Source of the DNA: Corallochytrium limacisporum Hawaii
Taxonomy: Eukaryota; Protista; Pluriformea
Assembly: GCA_002811645.1 (NCBI GenBank)
Contig: PDIP01000022.1
Location: forward strand, 355,467 to 396,592
DNA: 41,126 nucleotides
Reading direction: 5' to 3'
In this document: one piece after another, positions 29,701-39,982 of the stretch
Position numbering within the stretch: position 1 is the first letter of the stretch
How the letters are laid out: the number at the start of each line of letters is the position of its first letter
Translations under genes and position numbers: made by a program
The notes under the pieces: model-generated
Database searches by the model: none
The model's input: the letters and a program-made list of their open reading frames with translations, nothing else
Told to the model about the DNA's origin: nothing

Positions 29701-30389
29701 CGCGTGAAAACATTCTGGCATTCCTGGATGCAACGGCACGTCTGAAAGGCGTGCATTTGAACGTCTCTTGGACTGAGGCTGAAAAGATGTCCTTTTACCT
29801 GAATCTTTACCATTTGCTACTGGTGCATGCTTTGCTCCTGCTTGGACCACCCTCATCTTCCGTGTCACGGATTACGTTCTATACCAAGGTTTGCTATGAG
29901 GTGGGAAGTTTTTACTATAGTCTGTCCGAGATTGAGCAGGGCTGTTTGCGAAACGCAATGCCCCCACCGAAGGCTCTTTTTAGCCATATGGTTCCTGGTT
30001 TCCCAGAGAATGATCACCGTAAACGCTTTGCCTGCTTCGAAGGTGACCCTCGCATAGCCATTGCCCTGCACTGCAATATTCGCGGTGGCACCCGTGTTCA
30101 ACGCATTCCGGTATATGAAGCCAATAATGTGAGTGAACAGGTTGATGAGCTCTGTGGTCGGTACCTCCAGGCCATGGTCAAGGTCAACGAATCGAGGCGG
30201 TCTTTGCATTTACCCAAGCCTATGGAATGGTACATGAATGACTACAGTGGCAGAGATGATTTGCTCATGTTTGTAGCGCGCTACATAAACGACGCGCGTG
30301 CCATTACCATTCGTCGGATGATAGAGTCGGGAGGTGACATTCGCCTGAAATTTGATCCCTTCGACTGGAGCTATCAGTTCTTCGAATAA
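26712..30389 (+). CDS. Membrane-anchored DUF1769 + PH-like + DUF547 protein
   Basis: 1225 aa. Two N-terminal hydrophobic segments; DUF1769 (YFRGRKRWFEVQLQGRFK...LYMGVE); PH-like WREEWMLILDNRVCLY; DUF547 (EKMSFYLNLYHLLLVHALL, SLSEIEQGCLR, DPRIAIALHC, FDWS). Confidence 0.82.
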   Translation: MDVQTTVLPILTLAFGLVFGSQISAFVASTALAQCISLAVAGSLIGGAVLFDIYMQRQPKLKKASDKGPFLNGKLAKVPLNGKPKSIPDIRLERRATGDTLRSDNSAPGSAEVTKKKAEKFAPLAEQSERPNEAEPSTGSLDLEAETSSEFSGDPSLRLSKTMKDEDGFQFTYQNGDYVHQEESEKTPDPRSVTEENKFSASRHSVPPTFPLSLRDLTHPNKIELQPNSRKPILVENEVFKGYLVTKLRTEPCDLFYEPYFRGRKRWFEVQLQGRFKQKPEGTLYMGVELPREPNLGIIGRSLAKILLNMMKRLLKNFRYSFGDDKTDTLPHVVLPVTTLADRFLVTKPGEVPPPLCVSMLPEEDPADLKKRKAHGLELNCEETYSFSFHAMYLDFVKWRIVNIPGMKEISLQTFCGDMPIRIVAYDLPNGEVSGRAHQQDEKRYYFSLNMSWSGADEQIDWPDSPAHELKSSSEVDVSLADRRHVGDSLDTSPSGLAVRKSSRRGKHRRENSTGTESIRVLDDDESEIEDEGSSRRVRPDDDVVEADDDDDEDEDFVDVDEGMFGATNTPSGRTVTPLIAPRSGVPDPQGTLYKMGVRYIAVPAWVEMRHRHQERSVSYAVEIVFDNRAFTAICSSHQIVKMMSRISSKAALDPALADAPDADMSEASNISLTSGLKDGSGIKEARKKSRSQQLIDEDRSSAGGANRSTRGSRSRGQSLGSEKGPDHPSTAVKYVGVSRMRSFSEIFNPSSRKLVTRLRKTQDNIKDIERQRKNIQKYIRESFQLADGSEENTTHLLNAVLSCNDDESASIFLHGTRAEFKVTNRSKHKVLVECPVARSMWETYWREEWMLILDNRVCLYRSNTSKPYREFYPEEIVSVGPFSQETLPFGVGSFLEIGTIGKIFYFAVKDDETRDKIIEIVADLMPPGDKMSLVDADFYRGSDPREFYLQKSSRYGSSRVLLNSRRLWFGPRSSDEPKLLVQKLLRQGMVLRVDSPRENILAFLDATARLKGVHLNVSWTEAEKMSFYLNLYHLLLVHALLLLGPPSSSVSRITFYTKVCYEVGSFYYSLSEIEQGCLRNAMPPPKALFSHMVPGFPENDHRKRFACFEGDPRIAIALHCNIRGGTRVQRIPVYEANNVSEQVDELCGRYLQAMVKVNESRRSLHLPKPMEWYMNDYSGRDDLLMFVARYINDARAITIRRMIESGGDIRLKFDPFDWSYQFFE

Positions 30390-30499
30390 GTTCCAAATCG
30401 GTTGTAGAGTGCCACCTGTGCAAATATATCCCTAGCAATGTGTTGTGAGGTATGGACGGAAGTTAGGAAATCTGTACACGTTGATGATGTTGGCCCCAT

Positions 30500-31310
30500 G
30501 GGACCAAGTCTGGGCTTCTTTTCCTTTTACACGCCAAATTCAATGCAAACAGAGTGGTAACAAGGACGGCAGCCGAAGGTGTTTGGGAGTTTGCCCCGCC
30601 AGGCTCCGAGGTTTGGTTTTCGCTGTCACCTTGAGTAGGTGTTTTGGCTCTGCCGCCGCAGATATAAGAACTGGTTGTGACCTGGTTGTGTGCTCGCTGT
30701 CTCACCCCTTTGGCCACTGTCGTTTTCGATGTGGTCTTCAGGCGGCTGCACATGAAGACCATTCTCGGGTTCACCATTCTCAATAAAAGTGTGCTGGCAT
30801 GCATCAATTGTGCACTGGCTGCTGGATTTCACTCCAAGAAGATAATGGACGTGTTCATGTTGCAAAAGCACTCACACAGAGCTCCATCATTCAACTGTTT
30901 TGCTTGTCCGCCATCCTCAACGTCATATATGAAATTTATAGTAAGACGTGTGTCACTTGTGCACTAATGGGGAAAGACGCCCAAGCAAGCAGAACTATTG
31001 CACTCGGACTTTGACGAAACAAAGGGGAAGTCACCACGTAGGCCAGTCACGCGGTGGTCAGTATAAATGCTTCCGCAAACCCCTTGAGCGTCGGTTAGCA
31101 TGATGCCCAAGGTGATCACAAACGTTAAACATATACTCTTCATAATGATTTAAAAGTCTGGGACACATGGCATGATAGAATTTGTATAGCAACGAGGCCC
31201 CTTCCATTTTGTCAACGTACCACGTAGTTCTTAGGTAACCACAACGGAAGCGTACTCCAACTTGGAGCAGGGCCAAGCCTGCCGCAAAGGAAAGCTTAGG
31301 TAAACAGGGA
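30500..31310 (-). pseudogene. Decayed Cys-rich, possibly GPI-anchored surface-protein gene
   Basis: Consecutive protein-like fragments broken by TAG (30964-30966), TGA and frameshifts; ends TPTQGDSENQTSEPGGANSQTPSAAVLVTTLFAL, resembling an omega site plus hydrophobic tail. Confidence 0.35.
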
Positions 31311-32988
31311 ACCCCCGCTCCCTATGTTTGGAAGGAGACTGCAGTACATGTTTTACAGTCTACCTTTCACAAGTGCACACCAGCACTTTCAGTCCAGGAG
31401 TTGCTGCTATGACTTTTTCAATTTAGAGCCGATCGAGCCAAGGAAATTGTGGAAGGGGGGGGGGTTGAGATTGAGATTTGTATAGTACCCTTACACGCAC
31501 TGCACACTTGTGCGTATGCTCACCGATCGATCGAAATCTACTCTCATTTCTGAGTAAATGTGATCTTTGTAGCCGACTCGCCAGAAAGTATCAGACTTCT
31601 AACTCTAACCTTTCTCAAAGTCTATGGCATTCTGGATCCTTCGCGACGATGGTGATTCCATCTGTTTTTTTTTTCGTCCTCTAACTGAAATCTATCGGTG
31701 AAAATAATACCCTCAGGAATCAAGAAAATACTAATGGGGTCACTTTAGTCGAATATTGTGACCGGATGTAAAGCTATTTTACAGACAGCGGTCGACAGAC
31801 ATGCTCCGACAATACTCCAGTTTTCTGTGGTTGAATCCATCCGAACATGCAATGTCCAGTACCATGGCGCAGGGTTTTCTTCGTGGAACTGACATGTTTC
31901 CGAGCCCAACATTTAGGGGCCCTTCTCTTTCTCTCTGTCTATTTCCATCCAACGATATATATCCTAACCCTAGTTTTTTTGTTTGTGTTTGTGTGTGTTC
32001 GAAGGTGGGGGGGGGGGGTGGAGGCGATCCTTCGATACCCAGTACTCCACTGCTGTGTGATTAAGACGTCTTGATCAAATCTTCAAAACATTTACCATAT
32101 CGGTCCGTACTTCCCATCTACGGAAATCAAAGCCACCGTTTCCGCTGAAAAACCCTAGACCGCACTTGACTGAAGATCTCTTTGGGCTTGTTCTGAATGA
32201 TTTCGTTAAAACCTGTTCCTCTCCAAGCGCAGTTCCCGTTCAGACTCCGGTTCCTTCAATAATACCACATTGTTTCACTATAGTCTACTCCCTTCGTGTG
32301 GTTCAGCAGGACACATTTCTCCCGCCCAAAGGACTTCATCAATTTGTCACATTTTTCTACACAGTTCAGTACACAGCGTTACGGAGTAGGACATTTGTTT
32401 TTCGTAGAAAGATCTAAATCCAAGGAATATAGCCGGAATGTCCTTCTTGGCGGTCCGCGAGGAGGAAAAGAAAATTTATGGATCTTGAATGGGTTCCGTG
32501 ATGGATCCCATGTCTGTGCGGTGGATCCGTTCTACGTGGCCTGGTTTCTGAACTCAAGGATTTCAATTTTCTGAGAGGCGTATCCAACACTACCACCTTA
32601 AGATCGAAACCCTGGTGTCGCCTCGACCCACCGCACTTAGGGAAAGAAGATGAAAGGGTGGTAAGGAAGGGGGAGAAATCCGGGAAGGGAGCACAACCAC
32701 AGTGGGTTACTACCACTGGTACCCGCTCTGAACCCAGACACCATTGAATTCATGTGGATATGTAAGGTTGAGGTCTTTAGAATTATTTGACACACTTCAG
32801 AAACGGCGTGAGATAACTTTCCACTCGCACTTCCTGCTCACACTTATGGAGTGCCCAGGACCAAAATTCGTCAAGATCTAAAGGTACTTAAGGACCCCTG
32901 ATCCTCTCGGAAATGAAGCGTGATGGCAAACTGACCCCAAGCATTCTTGTAGAGCAAGCAATCGCATTCTTCTAGAAAATCATTCAAC

Positions 32989-33552
32989 ATGTCCCCCGTT
33001 TCTGTCGAGCCTGGTACTGCCGCTATTCCAATGATCCCTCCTCCAGAAGGGCAATGGGGCAGCTACGTGAGGATCTGCAATTTCACCGATGCGCAAAAGT
33101 GGCTCATCACTGTCCCCGAAACTGCTTCCAACATGTTCGCTCCTCATACTTTCACGAAGGGCAACCAATTCGAACTGAATACAGGAGAATTTGCATGGCT
33201 GACACTCGACGCAAACGAAGCCCGTTGCACTGACCTTGACCTGCCGGTGACCATTACCTCAACTGATCCCCCCGCTGTTCATATGATCAAGTACTCCTGG
33301 GACGCAGATAAAAAGATTTGCGTCCCCAGCTTCGTACTCTCCGAAGAACAAGGCTATGAGCCTGAAACATATCAAACCGCTCTGACAGGGCTCATGGTAA
33401 ACGACGAAGCGGACAACACGGTCTCTATCATCCTATCCGTGTGTACCCCCCACGAGTGGGAAGAGAGAGCAAACCAAGACGTCGGTGCCAGCTGCCCGTA
33501 CACTAAGGCTGACAATATCAAGTGGTCCGCGGGCCCTGACTCCTCCGCTTAA
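32989..33552 (+). CDS. Hypothetical acidic protein, 187 aa, no recognised family
   Basis: Clean ATG-to-TAA ORF with C-ending codon bias, in a region otherwise lacking long ORFs. Confidence 0.75.
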   Translation: MSPVSVEPGTAAIPMIPPPEGQWGSYVRICNFTDAQKWLITVPETASNMFAPHTFTKGNQFELNTGEFAWLTLDANEARCTDLDLPVTITSTDPPAVHMIKYSWDADKKICVPSFVLSEEQGYEPETYQTALTGLMVNDEADNTVSIILSVCTPHEWEERANQDVGASCPYTKADNIKWSAGPDSSA

Positions 33553-33939
33553 GGTCAGATTGTAGGACTCACAAGGGAATTCTTACCTTTTGGTACTCCA
33601 GTCCAAATTCTTGGTACTTTAACTGTCCCGGTACTTGTCTTTTCGCACTCCCAGGTCCGTTCAGCAAGAGGAAAACTGAGCATGATTTTAAAGAATATAT
33701 TTCTACCGTATGAGCCTATCTGTTTAGGATTCAAAGCAAAATGAACAGACTAAGCAAGCATCCCCTGTAGCCAAAAGATGAATCGCAGATTCAATGCCTT
33801 GAGCGCATCCATCCAGAAGTCATCGCTGGGAGCGGTTTCTGAGAGAGAAAACCACTTCTATTCTATTCATGACGAAGCGAACTTAGCCGAATAACAGACG
33901 CCAAGCCGTTATGAGATGAGGTCGGTTGCGACCTTTCGT

Positions 33940-34960
33940 TCAATACACCTGCACCTTGACCTTCTCGGTGTCTAGAACCAGGCATTGGTTGTCTTTGAAT
34001 CGATTGGCCTCACAAATTCTACACTCAAGGTCCGCAACGTACCCAGAAGGCTAGTCCACCAAAATCTGGAAGGAGAAGTTGTAGTTTTGGCCAGTATCAA
34101 TCTTTGGTAGCGCACCGCCGCATCTGCTCCAACAATATTGCTACCGAGCATACACGAGTTCAAGAAGCGCCATTTACCGGTACCAGGCGTGCCAGTGTTA
34201 GCGGTTGTGATGCCAGGTGCCTGAAAGGAACTGCCAGGCATGCCTAGGTCATTGGACCAGAGAAATTTGACTGCCACCTACTCAAGACGAGCATTCCCCT
34301 GATTGCCATACTGCGTCACTACATGGAGAAGCTGGCCTTCGTTGGCTCGCAGAGGGTTACCATTATTAATTTGAATGTAACCTATGGGCGCGTCGCTTCA
34401 ATCGGGTCGTAAGCACCGGTGGTTTGGTGGTCAGATGGCTCCATAGCTCCATGTGTGATGTGTGATCGTACTTCTATTTTCTTCTCATCACTGTCGTTCC
34501 TGGACACATGCGTATGTTTTCATCCCTCGTCTATCCCGGCAGCCTCCAACTGTGGTCAGTTTCACAGACCCGAAAGAATACTCCAAAATTTCGCTCGAAT
34601 ATGTCACAATTGTTGAAATAACCCATGACCATGGGTGTTCCCTTAAACTGTACCTTGGTACGAAGACTGTGGACCATTTCCCGGTGCCCCTGCCTTTTCT
34701 TCTGCGAAATGACTTACGACCTTCGTGCCTATGAGCAGGATTTCCACAGAGGCAATTTGTTCCTTCGAATTCTTGACGTCGTGCACTTGAATATCGCGCA
34801 GCACCACTCTATTGATCGAATCGCGAAAATACAATGAAGATGGTCACCAACTCTAAACGGTAGAGCGGGACGCAAACCGGTTCTGTAAATTATTGAAATG
34901 CGTTCCTTGTAAGAATCAAGTGACGTTACCCTGGTTCCCACCCAATTGGTTGGTGAAGCT
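33940..34960 (-). pseudogene. Decayed gene, Ig-like/DUF11-like beta-sandwich relic
   Basis: IGYIQINNGNPLRANEGQLLHVVTQYGNQGNARLE*VAVKFLWSNDL..., then after a frameshift GALPKIDTGQNYNFSFQILVD*PSGYVADLEC...VQVY*. TAGs at 34278, 34141 and 34051. Confidence 0.4.
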
Positions 34961-34982
34961 TGCTGTTAGAAGATGCCGTTGG

Positions 34983-36590
34983 TTATCCATACCTCTTCGT
35001 CAATACCTTATCACACTGTTTCTTCCAGTGGTCCGCGAGTTCGAGTGATCCTCTGAAGAAATTATAGCGCCAAATATCCGCTCCGAAACGAGCTCTGTAC
35101 ACGGCGCACACCTCCTCCCGGGCATTGAGACGCCGATCATTCTTTTGCATCCCCATGCGATTCATTGTGTATCCTACATCTGTCTCCTTGCTAACCAAGA
35201 TGGATTCCGCGACAACTACCTTCATGTTGAAGACTGTCGCAATGAAAGAGGTTTCCACATCAACCCCCCAGGCATATGTTAGCAGAGGATCAAAGCGGCC
35301 GAAACGGAAGTACCAATCGCCTCGCCACATAGCAAAGATATTGTCAATCATCCAGGTAGTCCGGGGAGGATATTGTTCACGGTCCCTGGCCCGAACTCCA
35401 GCGTCAACATCGTGCTCTGTGATCAAATTGGTCCATTGAGTTGTGCTGAACTTGGTCAGTGCTGGATGCACACCTGCCACTGAAGGGTCGTTTTTGAGGA
35501 TCTTAGCCATCTCCGCAATTATGTCTCCCTGCCCTTCTTCCACTGTAGCAGACGTGATAGTCAGAACGATTCCGAGAAAAGCTTCCCGCCGCACTGATGC
35601 GATTGCCTCTGCGTAAGCGACTCCCATCATCCAGCCGTGATTTGTTTGCACGTTTTCCTTGAGTTTCACTGTAGCATCCTGGTATACATGCTCAGGCTCG
35701 CTGCCGTTGTCCACAATGATGATGTCCACCGGCCATTTGACTTTAGTTTTCAGGTACTCATGCATCTTTTTTGTCCGCTCTGGCATATTAAAAGTGGTCA
35801 GAATGATAGCAACCCGGTCACCAACCGGCAGGTTGTAGTATCCTTCGCGACGCTGTTCCGTGCCGGAGTGAACACGCCAGAAGTATCTCTCCACGTCGCT
35901 GACAGATGTGTAGGAGAATTTGGGCACGAGTAGTGGAGATGCATCGTTCCACAGGGGAATGCCAGGAGCCAGCAGGGGTTCCTTTACCATCTGCCGTGCA
36001 TTCGAATACAGCTCTCGCAGTGACATGAACTCCCTCTTGGCTATCCTTTGAACCATTGAGGCCCCCAGTATAATGGTACCGGAAGAGAATGGTGTACAGC
36101 ATTGCTTACCATACAGAATGTCAGTGGTCTTAGATGTCTTAGTCACGAGAGTCCTCAGAATCTTGGGCTCGATGAGAACATTAAGCTCCATTAAAATGTA
36201 CCATTCGATACACTCTGCCTCCTCATAAGCTTCTTGAAGTGCCTTCCGCACTTCATAGTCGCTGGGTGTGGTCACGAACTTTAGTTTAATCCCCTCTTTC
36301 CGCAACAGAAATCCATAAGTAGCTGTCATCAAACCAAAGTCCCTTGGGTTCACTCCTGACATAAACACTACGACTTTGAAATCCATACAGTTTTTCAAGT
36401 CTTCCGTTGGAGGATCGTACTCATATTCCAACGGGATCACCGGCAATGTCGAAGTTTGTGGCTGACCCACGACCATGGAAGTGTTCTTCGAGCATGCATG
36501 GTCTTGGACAAGATGATAGAGTGAAAGTAGTATAACGGCGAACAGTATGGCAGCTCCCAATCTAACTTTCCCTAAAAACCTCATATTCAT
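34983..36590 (-). CDS. Type II membrane glycosyltransferase with a degenerate GT31/Fringe-like domain and a GT2-like domain
   Basis: N-terminal signal anchor; EWYILMELNVLI...ILYGK...SGTIILG (Fringe-like); VAIILTTFN, IIIVDNGS, RFDPLLTYAWGVDVE (GT-A/GT2-like). Confidence 0.72.
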   Translation of the reverse strand: MNMRFLGKVRLGAAILFAVILLSLYHLVQDHACSKNTSMVVGQPQTSTLPVIPLEYEYDPPTEDLKNCMDFKVVVFMSGVNPRDFGLMTATYGFLLRKEGIKLKFVTTPSDYEVRKALQEAYEEAECIEWYILMELNVLIEPKILRTLVTKTSKTTDILYGKQCCTPFSSGTIILGASMVQRIAKREFMSLRELYSNARQMVKEPLLAPGIPLWNDASPLLVPKFSYTSVSDVERYFWRVHSGTEQRREGYYNLPVGDRVAIILTTFNMPERTKKMHEYLKTKVKWPVDIIIVDNGSEPEHVYQDATVKLKENVQTNHGWMMGVAYAEAIASVRREAFLGIVLTITSATVEEGQGDIIAEMAKILKNDPSVAGVHPALTKFSTTQWTNLITEHDVDAGVRARDREQYPPRTTWMIDNIFAMWRGDWYFRFGRFDPLLTYAWGVDVETSFIATVFNMKVVVAESILVSKETDVGYTMNRMGMQKNDRRLNAREEVCAVYRARFGADIWRYNFFRGSLELADHWKKQCDKVLTKRYG

Positions 36591-36953
36591 CTTGACGCTT
36601 TGAGCTGTGCGTCAAAACACTAGGCTCCGCTGTGAACCACTCCCGAAGTCCCTCAAATAGAGGATCCGCCTCAAGTATCCTCAAGTATCATAACATCATT
36701 GTTCTTTGGTGAATGTTACGTTCTAAAAGCTACGTTCATTTACAAGGTCATTGTTCAATGCGTACTTGGCTGAATTTTGCCAGAAAACAAGGGGGATCCC
36801 ACATGGATCATTCACCGGGAGTAGACTGGGGACTTCCGCAACCGCTTTCCCAGTTCCCCCACTTTTCACGTCTGTGGTTGAAGCACGATATATTCTCAAT
36901 GTTCTCCTGTCTGCGCATACTGTCATCTGCTTCTGACGGACGTCGATATACAA

Positions 36954-37287
36954 GGAGAAACTGGCTTTTGAAGGAAGGAGAAACTGGCTTTTGAAGGAAG
37001 GAGAAACTGGCTTTTGAAGGAAGGAGAAACTGGCTCTGAAGGAAGGAGAAACTGGATTTGAAGGAAGGAGAAACTGGATTTGAAGGAAGGAGAAACTGGA
37101 TTTGAAGGAAGCAGAAACTGGCTTTGAAGGACGGAGAAACTGGATTTGAAGGACGGAGAAACTGGATTTGAAGGACGGAGAAACTGGATTTGAAGGACGG
37201 AGAAACTGGATTTGAAGGAAGGAGAAACTGGATTTGAAGGAAGGAGAAAATGGATTTTAAGGAAGGAGAAACTTTCTTTGAAAGAAA
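36954..37287. repeat. 22/23-bp minisatellite, about 15 copies
   Basis: Consensus ggagaaactggatttgaagga(a/c). The first three copies are 23 bp (ctttt variant) and the last two are degenerate. No spacers between units. Confidence 0.96.
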
Positions 37288-38269
37288 GATTTGTGAAGGG
37301 TGAGGGTGTAACCAATCAGAGCTCAGCGACCAGCACACAGTGCCAATAACACATTAACCCAGACCCGTCCTCTGGTGGGGAAAGAACGACGCGTGTCGTG
37401 AATTGTACCACACTCAGAGTGGAGAAAGTAACCGAGCTAACCACAGTGCAAGGAAAGTGTCATAGTTTTGAAATAGGCAATTCTTATGGAATGTAATGTA
37501 CTGCTAAAGTGTATCAGCGTAGCAAAACGGTGATCAAGACAAAGAAATGATTAAATCCCCATACACCATGTATGCCTTACCGATTGTGAGGATTCGGGTG
37601 CTCTCAACCTGCATGAAGCAACGATCAAACAATTATGCGCAGCGTATGCAAGGCATAGATAACCAAACAACACGTGAAGAACGGAATGTGCGTTCTCAAA
37701 TGCTATTACCTGCGCTTAGGTATCCTTTTAAATCATTTTCAATCAGTTGCAACAAGGAGGGAAGGAGGAATTCGTGAAAGCCGAGTTCAGATTCGAACTC
37801 AGCGACCCCGAAGCCCTCTCTGACCCAAGTCTGAGGCAAATGCAACGTATATAAGACGATCTGCAGCTAAATCACCATTAAAATGGGACTATTTTGAAGA
37901 GGTAGAGTTTGATCATGACAATGTAGATGTTAAACTTGCTGCAATATTTGATTCGTTTGTTGTACTCGACTCGGGACAAGTTGGTCGGCAACCATGCCAG
38001 ATATTTCAACTCCCGGTTTAATACCGACTGAAAGATTGAACCGTACCAGACAGCGATTACGAGATCTTCCAGCCAAAACTGAGCCCTGACCTAAACATTA
38101 ACAAGCGGAACATCAAGAAAACAGAAACAAAGTGCGCAGTGATTCGAATATTTCAATAAACCCATTGATTTCAGCGGTTAGTTAACATTTAAACTTGACT
38201 GTTGAATCCATTACATAATCAAATAAATCACGATCCAGTACATATTTTCGACGAGAATTCTGCTTGTTT

Positions 38270-39390
38270 ACGGAGTATACATTCCACTCAGAGGATAGCA
38301 CCTACAATTACGTACACGTCATTGGTGGTGTACTCCAATTTCGACACCATGCGCTCAATGTAGTCCGTAGAATTAACAGTATCATCGTTGAGGAGCTGCA
38401 AAGAGTAAGGATTACTCAGTTCCTGAGTATCGCGGTTTCCGTATCGCTTGTGGTATAAATTTCACCAGTAGTCTCTTCAAATCCAGCCTCCTCTTCAACA
38501 CTGTATCCCGCAATGAGGCATCACAGGTCATCCTCTTGCTGATGCTTTGAGATGCAATGAAGTGTAAAGATACACTCTTTTCAGAATGGCAGACGGTTCA
38601 CTAGTGACAGACTTTGAGTTGGGCAGGCCGTTCTCATCGCACTGTGCGTTGCTGTTCGTCAGGGTATTGACGAGAATATACTGAGGCTCCAGGCTTGTAT
38701 GTCGAACCAACGGACCACCGTGTTTGTCTGCCTCTTTACCACTCTTTGCTGTAGGTATGGTAATTATAGTACTCACTGACACCAAATGTCTTTTATAAAG
38801 TTTTGGAGGATTGCAAGTGTGTCGGTTCTACCATACCCTAGAGCACATTTCAGGTGCCGGCGGAATGGCGGGAGTAGGATCAGAGTAGATTCTGAAGAAC
38901 ACTGAAGCAGCTCAATAATCTGATAGGTTGCTGTGTAACTTGTGGAGCCTTTGCATCAAACATTCTGACGTAGACTTGTGAACTGCATCGTTATGTGGAA
39001 GAGGCTAACGTTGAAGTGGCCAGACAATTGAAACGTAGACACAAACCCTTGGTCCTGTCGTCTTCTCCCATTCTTGCGCTGTCATTCGGTCTCTACGCGG
39101 TGGGCCAGGCAAGATACTTTTCTGCTGAAAAGCAGATTTCCCCTACCTCGGTCGATAAGTCCTTTGGCATCTGCTTTTTGGTGAGGCACCATGCGGTACT
39201 GAAACCAATGTACAGAATTCAAAACTGGAAGTATAGGACTGCTCGACCACACAGGAAGCAAGCAGCGGTAGAACACTTTTTAAGACTCAAAGTGTAGAGG
39301 CTGTGTCCACTGTACCCAACGTCTGGGAGGATTGCAAATACAGCGGTTCCAGTAGTAAATTCACAGTGACAACAGTATTTTTGCCAAGGA
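38270..39390 (-). pseudogene. Possible decayed gene for a type I membrane or surface protein
   Basis: Stop- and frameshift-broken fragments such as AGYSVEEEAGFEETTGEIY and YSLQLLNDDTVNSTDYIERMVSKLEYTTNDVYVIVGAIL*VECILRK. Confidence 0.25.
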
Positions 39391-39982
39391 AGGGCAAATT
39401 TTTTAACACCTGCCTATAAGGCGTTGGTCGGGTCTGAGCAGAACAATGAGTTTCTCACGAGTGAATTCCATTGACGGACAAGACAAATTATGGAATCAAA
39501 ATGTATGGCTTTAGTCCCTTTTCTACTCGTTTAGCTTGCACGTCCATTAACAGAACTAGACTGAGATCAATTTTTCGGATATCTCCGAGCATTGAATTTG
39601 CACAATTCAGAATCATTCAAGAGCACGGCCCAGAATACCTTTCCCAGAGAAGGACTAATAGTGAGCCGTTCTTAATCGAGATACAGAGTCAGAAGTGACC
39701 CTGTGGCAATGATGGCTTCGGGGGGGGGACCGCTTATACTATACCTCATAGTGGCGCTCTTGGCTACGCCGAATACGAGGCAGCAGTCTTGATGTGACCT
39801 TCATCACCGTTGCTTGAAAATAAAAGCTATTGAAAGAAACAGAATCTTGATATTTTAGACGTGCTCTTACTTCACATGAAAATGTCCTGCTTGATCTCGG
39901 TTTGTGAAAGCGTATAGGTTAGAGACTGAAGAACAGCAAATGACTTTTCTGTTGGGACAAGTATTTGAATACCTGGAGAGTC

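Noticed and set aside
34173-34196. P-loop NTPase motif TGTPGTGK in ORF 33972-34277
   Set aside because: Followed by Trp instead of Ser/Thr, with no preceding hydrophobic strand and no Walker B.
33940-34400. Genome-wide reassignment of TAG to a sense codon
   Set aside because: TAG ends the ORFs at 23680 and 41047 after complete domains, and no conserved gene here contains an internal TAG.
36954-37287. CRISPR array, or coding ORFs 36808-37338 and 36923-37315
   Set aside because: Units are contiguous with no unique spacers, there are no cas genes and the context is eukaryotic. The ORFs are artefacts of a stop-free repeat whose unit is not a multiple of three.
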